A stretch of DNA of 64,000 bases, from positions 256,001 to 320,000 of the IMG/VR virus record IMGVR_UViG_3300024331_000007; one strand, given 5' to 3'. Position 1 is the stretch's first letter; every line of letters begins with the position of its first letter. This DNA is from a virus. Taxonomy: Duplodnaviria > Caudoviricetes. The translations under genes and the position numbers were made by a program. Below, piece by piece: positions 55,641 to 63,664 of the stretch. The notes beneath the pieces are model-generated. The model was not told the DNA's origin and made no database searches. It saw only the letters and a list, made by a program, of their open reading frames with translations.

Positions 55641-57206
55641 ATGAGTCAAATAAGCTACATTAGAGCCGCTGGTGATCCCGACTATAACTTCGCGTATAGC
55701 GATTTCACTGTGGAATTTTTTGTTGAAACTAGTGATAATGATGGAGTCCAAACTCTGTTCGAAATCGCCAACAACGAATCGGCTGCTGCAAATTTATATA
55801 CTCAGACTCGATTCTTTACAGCAATCGAAAACGGAAATTTGAATGCGTATGCCATTCAAACGGTAACCCCTTTTATAGTTGGTGCTGGTGTTACTGTTTT
55901 CACCAGTCCAACTCCCGTGGGTCCAAACGATAGAGTATTCTATGATGGTCAGTTTTTGACCACTGGCGAATACACAATTTCTGGTTCAACGATAACCTTA
56001 TTAATTCTACCCAACAATCTTAATAATGTTTTGGTTGAAATTGGCCAAGTTCTATTTCAAGTTCAAGGTCAGTCAGTTACAACTGGCAACGTTCATTTTG
56101 TAAGTGCTGAACGTTTTCAAAATCAATTCTACTTATTCCTTGATGGTGAAGCGCAAAGTACTCCAGTTCCAGCATTCAATGCTATTCCAACACAGGTTAT
56201 CTCAAACACCGTTGGAACAGGAAACCTCGCCAGATATGATAGCCCAGCCTTATTGACTATTGGCGCAAACAAAAATGGTAAAGATGCTCTATTCGGAAAA
56301 TTTGGCGACTTTAAGATTACTAATGGAGTTTCTCGTCATGTTCAACAGAGTCAAATTCAACAAACGATAAGCAGTTTATTTACGGATGCCAATCTTGGCA
56401 TGCAGCCATCATCTATTGAAATTGACGGTGGTGGATTCGTTGACAGCATTAGTAGCTACACCCCCGAAGAACTTGTACCGGGGCAAATTTTTGACACCTT
56501 GTACATGCAGGTTTATCAGAGCAGTACATCCAATGCAAATGCAAATGTACTCAGCTTTGCCATGTTTAAACCAACAATTCTTATCGGACCAACTGGTTCA
56601 TATTCTTTTACAATGCCAACAAGCGGAAAAGTAACTGTTCCGTGGACATCTATCGACGCAGCCGCAGCGAGCGTTCTGGTTAACGGAAATGCAATTCCAT
56701 CGACTTCATGGGCTATATTTAACGGAAAACTAACGATCATTGCTGGACCGGGCGATGCAGTGGATATTATTTCCACTGGACCAACGAATTACTACGATGT
56801 TTGCTCAAATTCTGTGTCTACTATTGTTGGAAATGTATACGCCAATAGCAATTCTATCATTGTTTCTTCCACAACCCCTTTTATTACACCAAACGCGAAT
56901 AGTAGAGGTCAGGTGTTCATAAATCAGGAATGCATTACCTATTTGTTTATTGATCGAGTAAACAATATTCTATCTGGTTTAATGCGGGGAACATCAGGAA
57001 CTGGTGTCCCAAACATACATTTGGCCAACTCAAGGATTATATCGGCCTCAAGTAATTGGGATATTGAGACTCTTGCTAATGTTGATCCAAGAACATCAAT
57101 TTGGTATTCAGTTCCATTAGCAAATACTAGCTTACAGAACACAAATACAGCCATTTCAACAGTATTGGTAAATTCAGGCGGGTTACCGCCAGTTACACCA
57201 TTCTAA
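55641..57206 (+). CDS. Virion structural protein with ConA/LamG-like domain
   Basis: DFTVEFF...HFVSAER...YLFLDG...GDFKITNGVSR; IDGGGFVD..S.Y.PEELVPGQIFDTL. Confidence 0.7.
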   Translation: MSQISYIRAAGDPDYNFAYSDFTVEFFVETSDNDGVQTLFEIANNESAAANLYTQTRFFTAIENGNLNAYAIQTVTPFIVGAGVTVFTSPTPVGPNDRVFYDGQFLTTGEYTISGSTITLLILPNNLNNVLVEIGQVLFQVQGQSVTTGNVHFVSAERFQNQFYLFLDGEAQSTPVPAFNAIPTQVISNTVGTGNLARYDSPALLTIGANKNGKDALFGKFGDFKITNGVSRHVQQSQIQQTISSLFTDANLGMQPSSIEIDGGGFVDSISSYTPEELVPGQIFDTLYMQVYQSSTSNANANVLSFAMFKPTILIGPTGSYSFTMPTSGKVTVPWTSIDAAAASVLVNGNAIPSTSWAIFNGKLTIIAGPGDAVDIISTGPTNYYDVCSNSVSTIVGNVYANSNSIIVSSTTPFITPNANSRGQVFINQECITYLFIDRVNNILSGLMRGTSGTGVPNIHLANSRIISASSNWDIETLANVDPRTSIWYSVPLANTSLQNTNTAISTVLVNSGGLPPVTPF

Positions 57207-57219
57207 GCAGGATAAATAT

Positions 57220-57351
57220 ATGAAGCGACCAGATGAAGTGCCAGCGATTAGTGTTCAAGAACACCTAAAAATCACAGTTAGCGATAAAAGTCTTACTGGA
57301 AATTTGGAAACTGTCACCACAAAGACCGTCATCTGCCAGCGAGTTAAATGA
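57220..57351 (+). CDS. 43-aa protein resembling the N-terminus of the 58004 protein (not in ORF track)
   Basis: MKRPDEVPAISVQEHLKITVSD...; AGGA SD and TAAATA at 57213. Confidence 0.55.
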   Translation: MKRPDEVPAISVQEHLKITVSDKSLTGNLETVTTKTVICQRVK

Positions 57352-57357
57352 GGATCA

Positions 57358-58014
57358 ATGCCAAATATTTACAAAACGGTAAACATTATAAATGCTACTT
57401 TTGGTATTAAACCGTTTATGTACATAGGTAGTGATCAGCACGATAACCATAATTATTTTGGGTCAAGCAAAAAATTGAAAAATGATGTGAGGATATTTGG
57501 GTCACAATTCTTTGAAAAACAGATACTACAACATTTTGATAATATCTCAAATTTAGAGTTACGAAAAATCGAGGAGCAATACCTGAAAAGTAATAACGTA
57601 AAAAATGATCCCGCTTTCTATAATAAGATAGACACCTTATTACCGGGTCAAGGTTGTGGGGTTAAGGGTATGAAGCATCGAAGGAAATATCAACGCTCTC
57701 AAAAATGGATAGATTCAAGAACTGGAAAATCATATAATATTTCAGAAGAAACGCGAAAAAGATGGTCAGCTAAAAGAACAGGTGTTTCCACATCCGATAG
57801 ACAAAAAACGGTTTCTCGTGAATACTCGGGTTCAAAACACGCTTCTTCTAAATGCTGGGAACTAACTGATTCGTTAGGAAATAAATATATAGCAAACGAA
57901 GGACTACGAAAATGGTGTCGAGATAGAAATATAAACTATCTATCACTATACCAACATCACAATGAATTTCGCAACTGGTCTTTTAGGAAATTGGGAGCAT
58001 CAAATGAAAGATAA
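57358..58014 (+). CDS. GIY-YIG (Seg-like) homing endonuclease
   Basis: IYKTVN...MYIGS...NYFGSS...F.KQIL...E..YL...FYNK. Confidence 0.8.
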   Translation: MPNIYKTVNIINATFGIKPFMYIGSDQHDNHNYFGSSKKLKNDVRIFGSQFFEKQILQHFDNISNLELRKIEEQYLKSNNVKNDPAFYNKIDTLLPGQGCGVKGMKHRRKYQRSQKWIDSRTGKSYNISEETRKRWSAKRTGVSTSDRQKTVSREYSGSKHASSKCWELTDSLGNKYIANEGLRKWCRDRNINYLSLYQHHNEFRNWSFRKLGASNER

Positions 58015-58606
58015 CGCATTATTTCAAATAGAAGGTTTTGTAAAAATTACCGATACACTCACTAATGAACTTCTATTTGAAGGATTCAATTCGGTTCATT
58101 TTGAAAATCTTTCAGTTGCTATTGCTCAAAGTCTGGGCGCTGGTCCTCTCGAACCTTCTTGTCCCGGTTTCATATATACTATGAATTTTGGTAATGGCGG
58201 AACAACCGTCAATTCCAGCGGTATTGTAACCTACAATCCACCCAACACTGTTGGAGCTACCGCACAACTTTATAACCAAACGTACAGCAAGGTTGTTAAC
58301 AACCAATTTGCAGCAGATATCGATACTGTCAACAACAACATCACCTATAGTCATATTCCCGGTAAAGCCTACACCGATATTATCGTAGTATGTCGTTTGG
58401 ATTATGGTGAACCAGCCGATCAGTTGCCGTTCGACAATTCAAATGACATCAACAGCACATACGCCTTTGACGAATTAGGTTTGTTCACGTTTAATGGTCA
58501 GCTTCTCACTCACGTTATATTTTCACCAGTTATCAAGTCGTTGAACCGACTCATTGACATTGCCTACACTGTGAGAATTTCAACCCTTAGCTCACTAAGC
58601 GTGTAA
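58004..58606 (+). CDS. Conserved baseplate/tail-associated protein
   Basis: QIEGFVKITD...NSVHFENLSVAIAQSL...NFGNGGT...LDYGEP...FDELGL...LLTHVIFSPV.KSLNR; start 58004. Confidence 0.75.
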   Translation: MKDNALFQIEGFVKITDTLTNELLFEGFNSVHFENLSVAIAQSLGAGPLEPSCPGFIYTMNFGNGGTTVNSSGIVTYNPPNTVGATAQLYNQTYSKVVNNQFAADIDTVNNNITYSHIPGKAYTDIIVVCRLDYGEPADQLPFDNSNDINSTYAFDELGLFTFNGQLLTHVIFSPVIKSLNRLIDIAYTVRISTLSSLSV

Positions 58607-58619
58607 CAGAGGAATCAGA

Positions 58620-60320
58620 ATGAGTTACCAGATCGTCCTAACTAACGGAAATATTCTTACAACTGTACCAGATACCCAACTTGTGTCTACCTACGGTGGT
58701 TTAGACCTTATCGGTAAGAACTATGCTGGCTTCGGAACAGCATTCAATAACAATCTTGTACATATGGTGGAGCATTTTGCTGACAGCACACCTCCAACCA
58801 ATCCGTTCATTGGTCAGATTTGGTATGATACTGTTTCTAACGCCATCAACTTCTGGAATGGAACTCAGTTTAAACCTATCAGTGTTATTACAAGCAGCCC
58901 AACCGCCCCTCTTGATCCACAGGAAGGCGATGAATGGTACGACAGTGTAAACCAACAACTTAACATCTGGAATGGTTTTGAATGGGTTCTTATTGGACCG
59001 CCAAATCAAGGTGGTGCTAAGGAAGGATTCGTAGTTGCCAGCATTCAGTCTAACACAGGCAATATTTTCTATCTTCAACTTTATGCAAACAACAATCTTC
59101 TTGGAATCGTTTCAGGTGTAAACCTCACCAATCCTGACATTGTTGGTTTTGGTAACCTTCGCGTGGGTTGGAACTTTGTAACCAATCCTGAATCTGCTCC
59201 TGCAATTCTTGAATCTGGCATCTACAATGTTTCAGAAATAACTCTTGGAAACGACGATCAGCTTGGATTTCTAACAGACGGAAACGACAATGCAATCGTT
59301 CAAGTTAATAGCGGAAATGTAATGATTGCCACAAATGGAAATGCAGCATCAAACGTTGCAGCATTTACTGAATGGTCAAATGGAAATATTGAGGGCATCG
59401 TATATTTCAATAAGATTGTCGCTGGAAGTTACGGAAATCTTCCAGCGGGAGCAGCAACCCCCGGTTTAAATAGTCAAGTAATTTATAACAATGGTGGAAA
59501 TTTAGCTGGCTCAGACGCTCTTACTATTCTAGCTGGAAATATTACCGCTCGTGTCGATCATCTTAACGTATCTGCTGATGCCACTGTCATTGGTAACGTT
59601 CAATCATCTGGATTGACGGTAAATGGCAATTCACACACCTCTGGTAATAATTCATCACACATTGTATATGCGGACATATACCAAAATCTTCCACCGTTCA
59701 CTGTACCCGGTTCTACTGGCGAGGTTTTATACAACAACAGCGGAGCGGTTGGAGGTACATCAGCATTAGTTATTGAAGGATCAATAGTTGGCGTTAATCA
59801 GCTTACTGTTAACACCACTGCACAGATCAACGGAACATTGAATGGCAATATAATTAATTGTGCATCTGCTAACGTTTCTGGCCAAACACACACAGGAACT
59901 CTGGCGGTAGATGGAGCGGCATCATTTAACACGGGCGGTAATCAATTCAATCTTCCAACAACACGCGGAAGTGCTGGTAATCCACTTATAAGTAATGGCG
60001 ATGGAACAACCCAATTCTCATCCACTGCCAATCTTGCCCTTGTTTCAAGCGGCACATCAGGTGGCAATTTTTGGGATCGCAATGCAACTGGAAGATATAC
60101 CATGTGGGGTACAATTAGCACTGATATTGGTTCTGGGCCTGTTACTGTCACATTTCCAGTTCCATTCACTAACCTGTTATCAATTTCAATAAACGTAACG
60201 ACGCTATCACCTACAGATCGTATTACATTTGTGGTTGATGGATCAGTTACTGTGAATCAATTTACCGTTTCAAATAACGGTTCAAGCGGCTTTGCCATGT
60301 GGCAAGCAGTAGGTTACTAA
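58620..60320 (+). CDS. Baseplate/short tail fibre-like structural protein
   Basis: LDLIGKNYAGFG..FNNNLVHMVEHF...P.NP..GQIWYD; C-terminal TMWG...VTFPVPFT fibre-tip module. Confidence 0.75.
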   Translation: MSYQIVLTNGNILTTVPDTQLVSTYGGLDLIGKNYAGFGTAFNNNLVHMVEHFADSTPPTNPFIGQIWYDTVSNAINFWNGTQFKPISVITSSPTAPLDPQEGDEWYDSVNQQLNIWNGFEWVLIGPPNQGGAKEGFVVASIQSNTGNIFYLQLYANNNLLGIVSGVNLTNPDIVGFGNLRVGWNFVTNPESAPAILESGIYNVSEITLGNDDQLGFLTDGNDNAIVQVNSGNVMIATNGNAASNVAAFTEWSNGNIEGIVYFNKIVAGSYGNLPAGAATPGLNSQVIYNNGGNLAGSDALTILAGNITARVDHLNVSADATVIGNVQSSGLTVNGNSHTSGNNSSHIVYADIYQNLPPFTVPGSTGEVLYNNSGAVGGTSALVIEGSIVGVNQLTVNTTAQINGTLNGNIINCASANVSGQTHTGTLAVDGAASFNTGGNQFNLPTTRGSAGNPLISNGDGTTQFSSTANLALVSSGTSGGNFWDRNATGRYTMWGTISTDIGSGPVTVTFPVPFTNLLSISINVTTLSPTDRITFVVDGSVTVNQFTVSNNGSSGFAMWQAVGY

Positions 60321-60327
60321 ATTTTTC

Positions 60328-60357
60328 TTGACATGGTTGTCAAACATCTTGTAACAT
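60328..60357 (+). promoter_or_regulatory. Sigma70-type promoter with palindromic -35 (possible operator)
   Basis: TTGACA-tggt-TGTCAA perfect inverted repeat 60328-60343; TAACAT 18 bp after the -35. Confidence 0.5.
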
Positions 60358-60375
60358 ATACATGAGGTATAAACT

Positions 60376-60975
60376 ATGAAATTATTGCAATTTCCACTCG
60401 TCGCTGCATTATGTGGATTAATGGTTATCACTCCTATGACTGGATGCTCAGTTTCACAGGCAAAGATCAATACCGTAGTTCAGGATATTGCCACTTACGG
60501 ACCAATTATTTCAACAGATGCACAAACACTCGCCGCTCTTGCAACTTCTCTTGATCCAGCCGATGCTGCTCTTATTGCATCATCAGTTGCAACTCTTCAG
60601 AAGGACAGTGCATTCCTAACTACTCTCAGCAACCAGTATTTGGCTCATCCTTCACCAAGTTTGCTTAACCAAATCGCTGCTCTTGTGAGTGACATCGCAA
60701 CAACTGATTCTGCCGCCTTGATTCAGGTAGCACAAATCAAGAACCCACAAAGCATCGCAACCGCTCAGGCTGTTCTTGCTGCCGTAGCAACCGCAGTTAC
60801 CATTCTCAGTGCATATCTTTCATCTGTTAATGTTACTGTAACTCCAGCAGCAAACACAGCAATCAAAACAATGAAACCTGTTGTACTAAAAACAACTCTG
60901 GTAAGTGAATTAAACAAGGCAAAATCTCAAGGTATCATTCCTGAAAATACTACTTTACAATCACTTGGATTCTAA
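60376..60975 (+). CDS. Predicted lipoprotein
   Basis: MKLLQF + hydrophobic core + lipobox MTGC; Ala/Leu/Thr-rich helical body; GAGGT SD. Confidence 0.75.
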   Translation: MKLLQFPLVAALCGLMVITPMTGCSVSQAKINTVVQDIATYGPIISTDAQTLAALATSLDPADAALIASSVATLQKDSAFLTTLSNQYLAHPSPSLLNQIAALVSDIATTDSAALIQVAQIKNPQSIATAQAVLAAVATAVTILSAYLSSVNVTVTPAANTAIKTMKPVVLKTTLVSELNKAKSQGIIPENTTLQSLGF

Positions 60976-61008
60976 CTTATACTTACAATCACAACTATAA
61001 TTGTATTC

Positions 61009-61029
61009 GGGGCCGAGCCTATCGGCCCC
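61009..61029 (+). terminator. GC-rich hairpin after the lipoprotein gene
   Basis: GGGGCCGA-gccta-TCGGCCCC; no clean U tract. Confidence 0.45.
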
Positions 61030-61738
61030 ACAATTTCGCTGATTGGGGTTTTATGATTTGCGGTCAGATTTACAAAATTACAAATAAAATCAATGGCAAA
61101 ATCTATATCGGTCAAACGATTAGCAAAAATCCATTAACGAGATGGAAAGACCATCTTTCTGTAGCCAACCATCCTCTATATAAAGCAATGGTTTTAGAAG
61201 GTACTCATAATTTTTGTTTTTCGGTAATGGAAACTGGTATCAGTTCATCCTTAACTCTGAACGCCCTAGAAAAAAATTACATCTGCAACAATAAATCATT
61301 TGATCCAAAATTTGGTTACAATACATCAAAGGGAACCGTTGGCGTAACCGATAGACAGATAAATGGTCAGATATATTGTATCCTAAATTTAAGGAACAAC
61401 AAGATATATATCGGGCAAACATCATATCCAAACTACAGAAGATGGAATGAACATCGTAAATATGCAAGTCACCCTTTGTATAGGGCAATGATACAAGAAG
61501 GCATAGACAATTTTTCTTTCGCCATCATTCACAATAACATTCGAACCAGAACATTATTGAATAAATTGGAGACTCAGCTTATATTTTCGAGTCAATCATT
61601 TTTAAAAAATGTTGGCTATAATCAAGATTTTGGTAAATCAAGTTATCTGGTTAAAACATATCACAGACAAGGTTTCAAAGCACAATAATGATTGTATATT
61701 TACAAATTCGTCAAAAATTTGCACAATCTCGCTGATTG
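61029..61738 (+). repeat. 17-nt direct repeat flanking the double GIY-YIG gene
   Basis: CACAATTTCGCTGATTG (61029-61045) and CACAATCTCGCTGATTG (61722-61738), one mismatch. Confidence 0.7.
61053..61688 (+). CDS. Homing-endonuclease-like protein with two tandem GIY-YIG domains
   Basis: GQIYKITNKINGKIYIGQT...R W..H and GQIYCILNLRNNKIYIGQT...RW..H. Confidence 0.8.
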   Translation: MICGQIYKITNKINGKIYIGQTISKNPLTRWKDHLSVANHPLYKAMVLEGTHNFCFSVMETGISSSLTLNALEKNYICNNKSFDPKFGYNTSKGTVGVTDRQINGQIYCILNLRNNKIYIGQTSYPNYRRWNEHRKYASHPLYRAMIQEGIDNFSFAIIHNNIRTRTLLNKLETQLIFSSQSFLKNVGYNQDFGKSSYLVKTYHRQGFKAQ

Positions 61739-61776
61739 AGAACAATTAGGTAATTAAACCTACCGAGGGACTTATC

Positions 61777-61917
61777 ATGAGTGAAGGTAAACTAATAGAA
61801 ACGAGAGGTATAACAACCAATCCTCACATAGTTATCATCGTATCCGAAGACTACCTTGATAATTGCGTTGGCACGAATCAAAAAATGTCAAACAGGTTGA
61901 GCACTCAGCCGTCATAG
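61777..61917 (+). CDS. Possible 46-aa peptide
   Basis: GAGGGA SD 6 nt before ATG; no recognisable motif. Confidence 0.3.
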   Translation: MSEGKLIETRGITTNPHIVIIVSEDYLDNCVGTNQKMSNRLSTQPS

Positions 61918-61989
61918 TACAACACAACCGCTATGATTTCATTGAATCCCCACGAACCCAAAAAGTGGTAGTGGATCAGGAGGGAATGG

Positions 61990-62500
61990 AAGGTTTGGAA
62001 CTTCGAAGATAATCATACGCATTATCTTTTTACCCAACTTTGACGCCTGCGGCGTTTCTGTCTTTAAAAACAGACCAAAATACTCCCTAGAAAGGAAAAA
62101 ACAAGAAAATGCGACGACGAGAAATTGTGGGTTGAGCAAAGCGAAACACACAATTTTGAGGAGACGCGGGTCGCAACGAGACGCGAAGCGGATCGGCGGG
62201 ACCACTCACAAAGTCCCTTCTGCAATGCACTAATCAATTACAATTAAAAGCTATTATCCTTAAAATCAAGGACGGCCCGAGGTGTGTGAACCAAGCGAAA
62301 ATTGCTCCTTTGGAGCAAGACCGGGTTGTGCTTCGCACAACGCCAACCGCTTCGCGGCTGGCCTTACGTGTAAAGAGGTCTTTCGTTCGTCTGCGCTCGC
62401 TCGCGCTCCTTCGTCGCGGCTCCTCGCTTGACTCACTCAATACCATGTCGCTTCGCTCTTTTTCTTTTGAGGAACCAGAGGTTTGTTGTTTTGTTCTTTA
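61990..62500. other. Hairpin-rich, GC-elevated non-coding region (candidate replication/priming site or ncRNA)
   Basis: Stems at 62006-62028, 62123-62155, 62198-62217, 62302-62318, 62325-62341, 62347-62357; GAAGCGG on both strands. Confidence 0.5.
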
Positions 62501-62541
62501 GAAGGTGTTCCGCTTTTCTGACTAAATACGCCAGAGGTATT

Positions 62542-62994
62542 ATGTCAGAAACAGGTCATTGGGTTTTTCCGAAAGAATTTGATCCAGAGCAATTCATAGG
62601 TTTTGTATATCGGATAACTCATATTCCGACAGGCAGATCATATTTGGGGAAGAAATTTTTTCACTCGACTATTCGCAAGATAGTCAAAAACCGAAAAAAC
62701 AGAAAGAAGGTAATAAAAGAATCGAATTGGAAAAAATATACTGGCAGCAGCAATTGGCTAAACTCAGAAATTGCACTGTATGGAAAAGACCAATTCGCCT
62801 TTGAAATTTTAAGTCTCCACGAATCTCGTGGAACCTTAGCATATGCTGAAGTTGAGATTTTGGTTACGAAAAATGTATTGAGGGCTAAACTTTTGGATGG
62901 GTCTAAAGCCTACTACAATGGATTAATTCCTCCCATCAAGTTCACACCGGGAGATGAAACTGAGATAGAAAAGCAGTACAAAATTCAAACATGA
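62542..62994 (+). CDS. GIY-YIG endonuclease, EndoII/DenA-like
   Basis: FIGFVYRIT...YLGKKFF...KESNWKKYTGSS...FEILSL...AYAE...YYNG; TAAATA at 62523 and GAGGT SD; start 62542. Confidence 0.75.
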   Translation: MSETGHWVFPKEFDPEQFIGFVYRITHIPTGRSYLGKKFFHSTIRKIVKNRKNRKKVIKESNWKKYTGSSNWLNSEIALYGKDQFAFEILSLHESRGTLAYAEVEILVTKNVLRAKLLDGSKAYYNGLIPPIKFTPGDETEIEKQYKIQT

Positions 62995-63016
62995 TGTAAA
63001 TTATGGAGGTGCCACA

Positions 63017-63619
63017 TTGTCCGACCAAAATATTTCCAGCGACCAGTTGCACCAAAATTACATTAAACTTGCTAAGATTTTACATCCTGATCTTAATCCT
63101 GATGATCCAGATGCTGACAAAAAGTTCCAAGATTTGCAGGAACAATACGAAAAAGCACAAAAACTTCTCGGAAATAAAGCCCAGTATCAAGCATCTGTGT
63201 CCATTCCTCTTTCGGAAGCGATTTCAGGTACTGAGAGATTCTTTGTTTCTGATGATGGAAAACGATTTTTGCTGACAATTCCTGCTGGTGTAAAAAACAA
63301 GCAGACAATTTTATATAGAGGCATTCAAGTCAATTCGGATAATGATGCTGTTTTACATATTCGTGTTCATATCGATGCCCCAACCAAATTTAAAATTATT
63401 GGTGATCATCTCATACTTAATGAGCACATCCCTTTCTGGAAATTAATTTTTGGTGGAAGGCATGAGATTACTGGACCAGATGGCAAAATAATTCCAGTGA
63501 CAATTCCTCGTAAAACAAAGAATGGAAAGATGTTTAAGGTTCAGAATGCTGGTCTTTGGAATCGAGCCGATAAGAAGAGGGACCCTCTTTATATTCAATT
63601 TTTTGGTTCTGCTATTTGA
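63017..63619 (+). CDS. dnaJ: DnaJ/CbpA-like co-chaperone
   Basis: J domain YIKLAKILHPDLNP...KFQDL; C-terminal domain ISLSEA..G...IPAG...G..MFKVQNAGL; TTG start with GGAGG. Confidence 0.85.
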   Translation: MSDQNISSDQLHQNYIKLAKILHPDLNPDDPDADKKFQDLQEQYEKAQKLLGNKAQYQASVSIPLSEAISGTERFFVSDDGKRFLLTIPAGVKNKQTILYRGIQVNSDNDAVLHIRVHIDAPTKFKIIGDHLILNEHIPFWKLIFGGRHEITGPDGKIIPVTIPRKTKNGKMFKVQNAGLWNRADKKRDPLYIQFFGSAI

Positions 63620-63644
63620 CACCGTATTCATATTCTGCTATTCT
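63616..63644 (+). promoter_or_regulatory. Sigma70-type promoter for the clp gene
   Basis: TTGACA, 17 bp, TGcTATTCT; same -10 as the early cassettes. Confidence 0.8.
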
Positions 63645-63664
63645 CATTTTGAGGGTCACACATA

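Noticed and set aside
33038-58014. Group I introns housing the HEGs
   Set aside because: Flanking genes (gp25, gp6, hub, 58004 protein) are intact, and the spacers are too short for P3-P9 intron cores.
61939-62501. ORFs 61939-62205, 62234-62446 and 62286-62501, and the 38-codon 5' extension of 62428-62994
   Set aside because: Low-complexity Arg/Ser/Phe-rich translations of a structured non-coding region, without SD. The real gene starts at 62542 after TAAATA and GAGGT.
61690-62520. tRNA or tmRNA gene in the structured region
   Set aside because: No cloverleaf, no TTCRA T-loop in the right context, and no acceptor stem with CCA was found by eye. A tRNAscan-SE/ARAGORN run would settle it.
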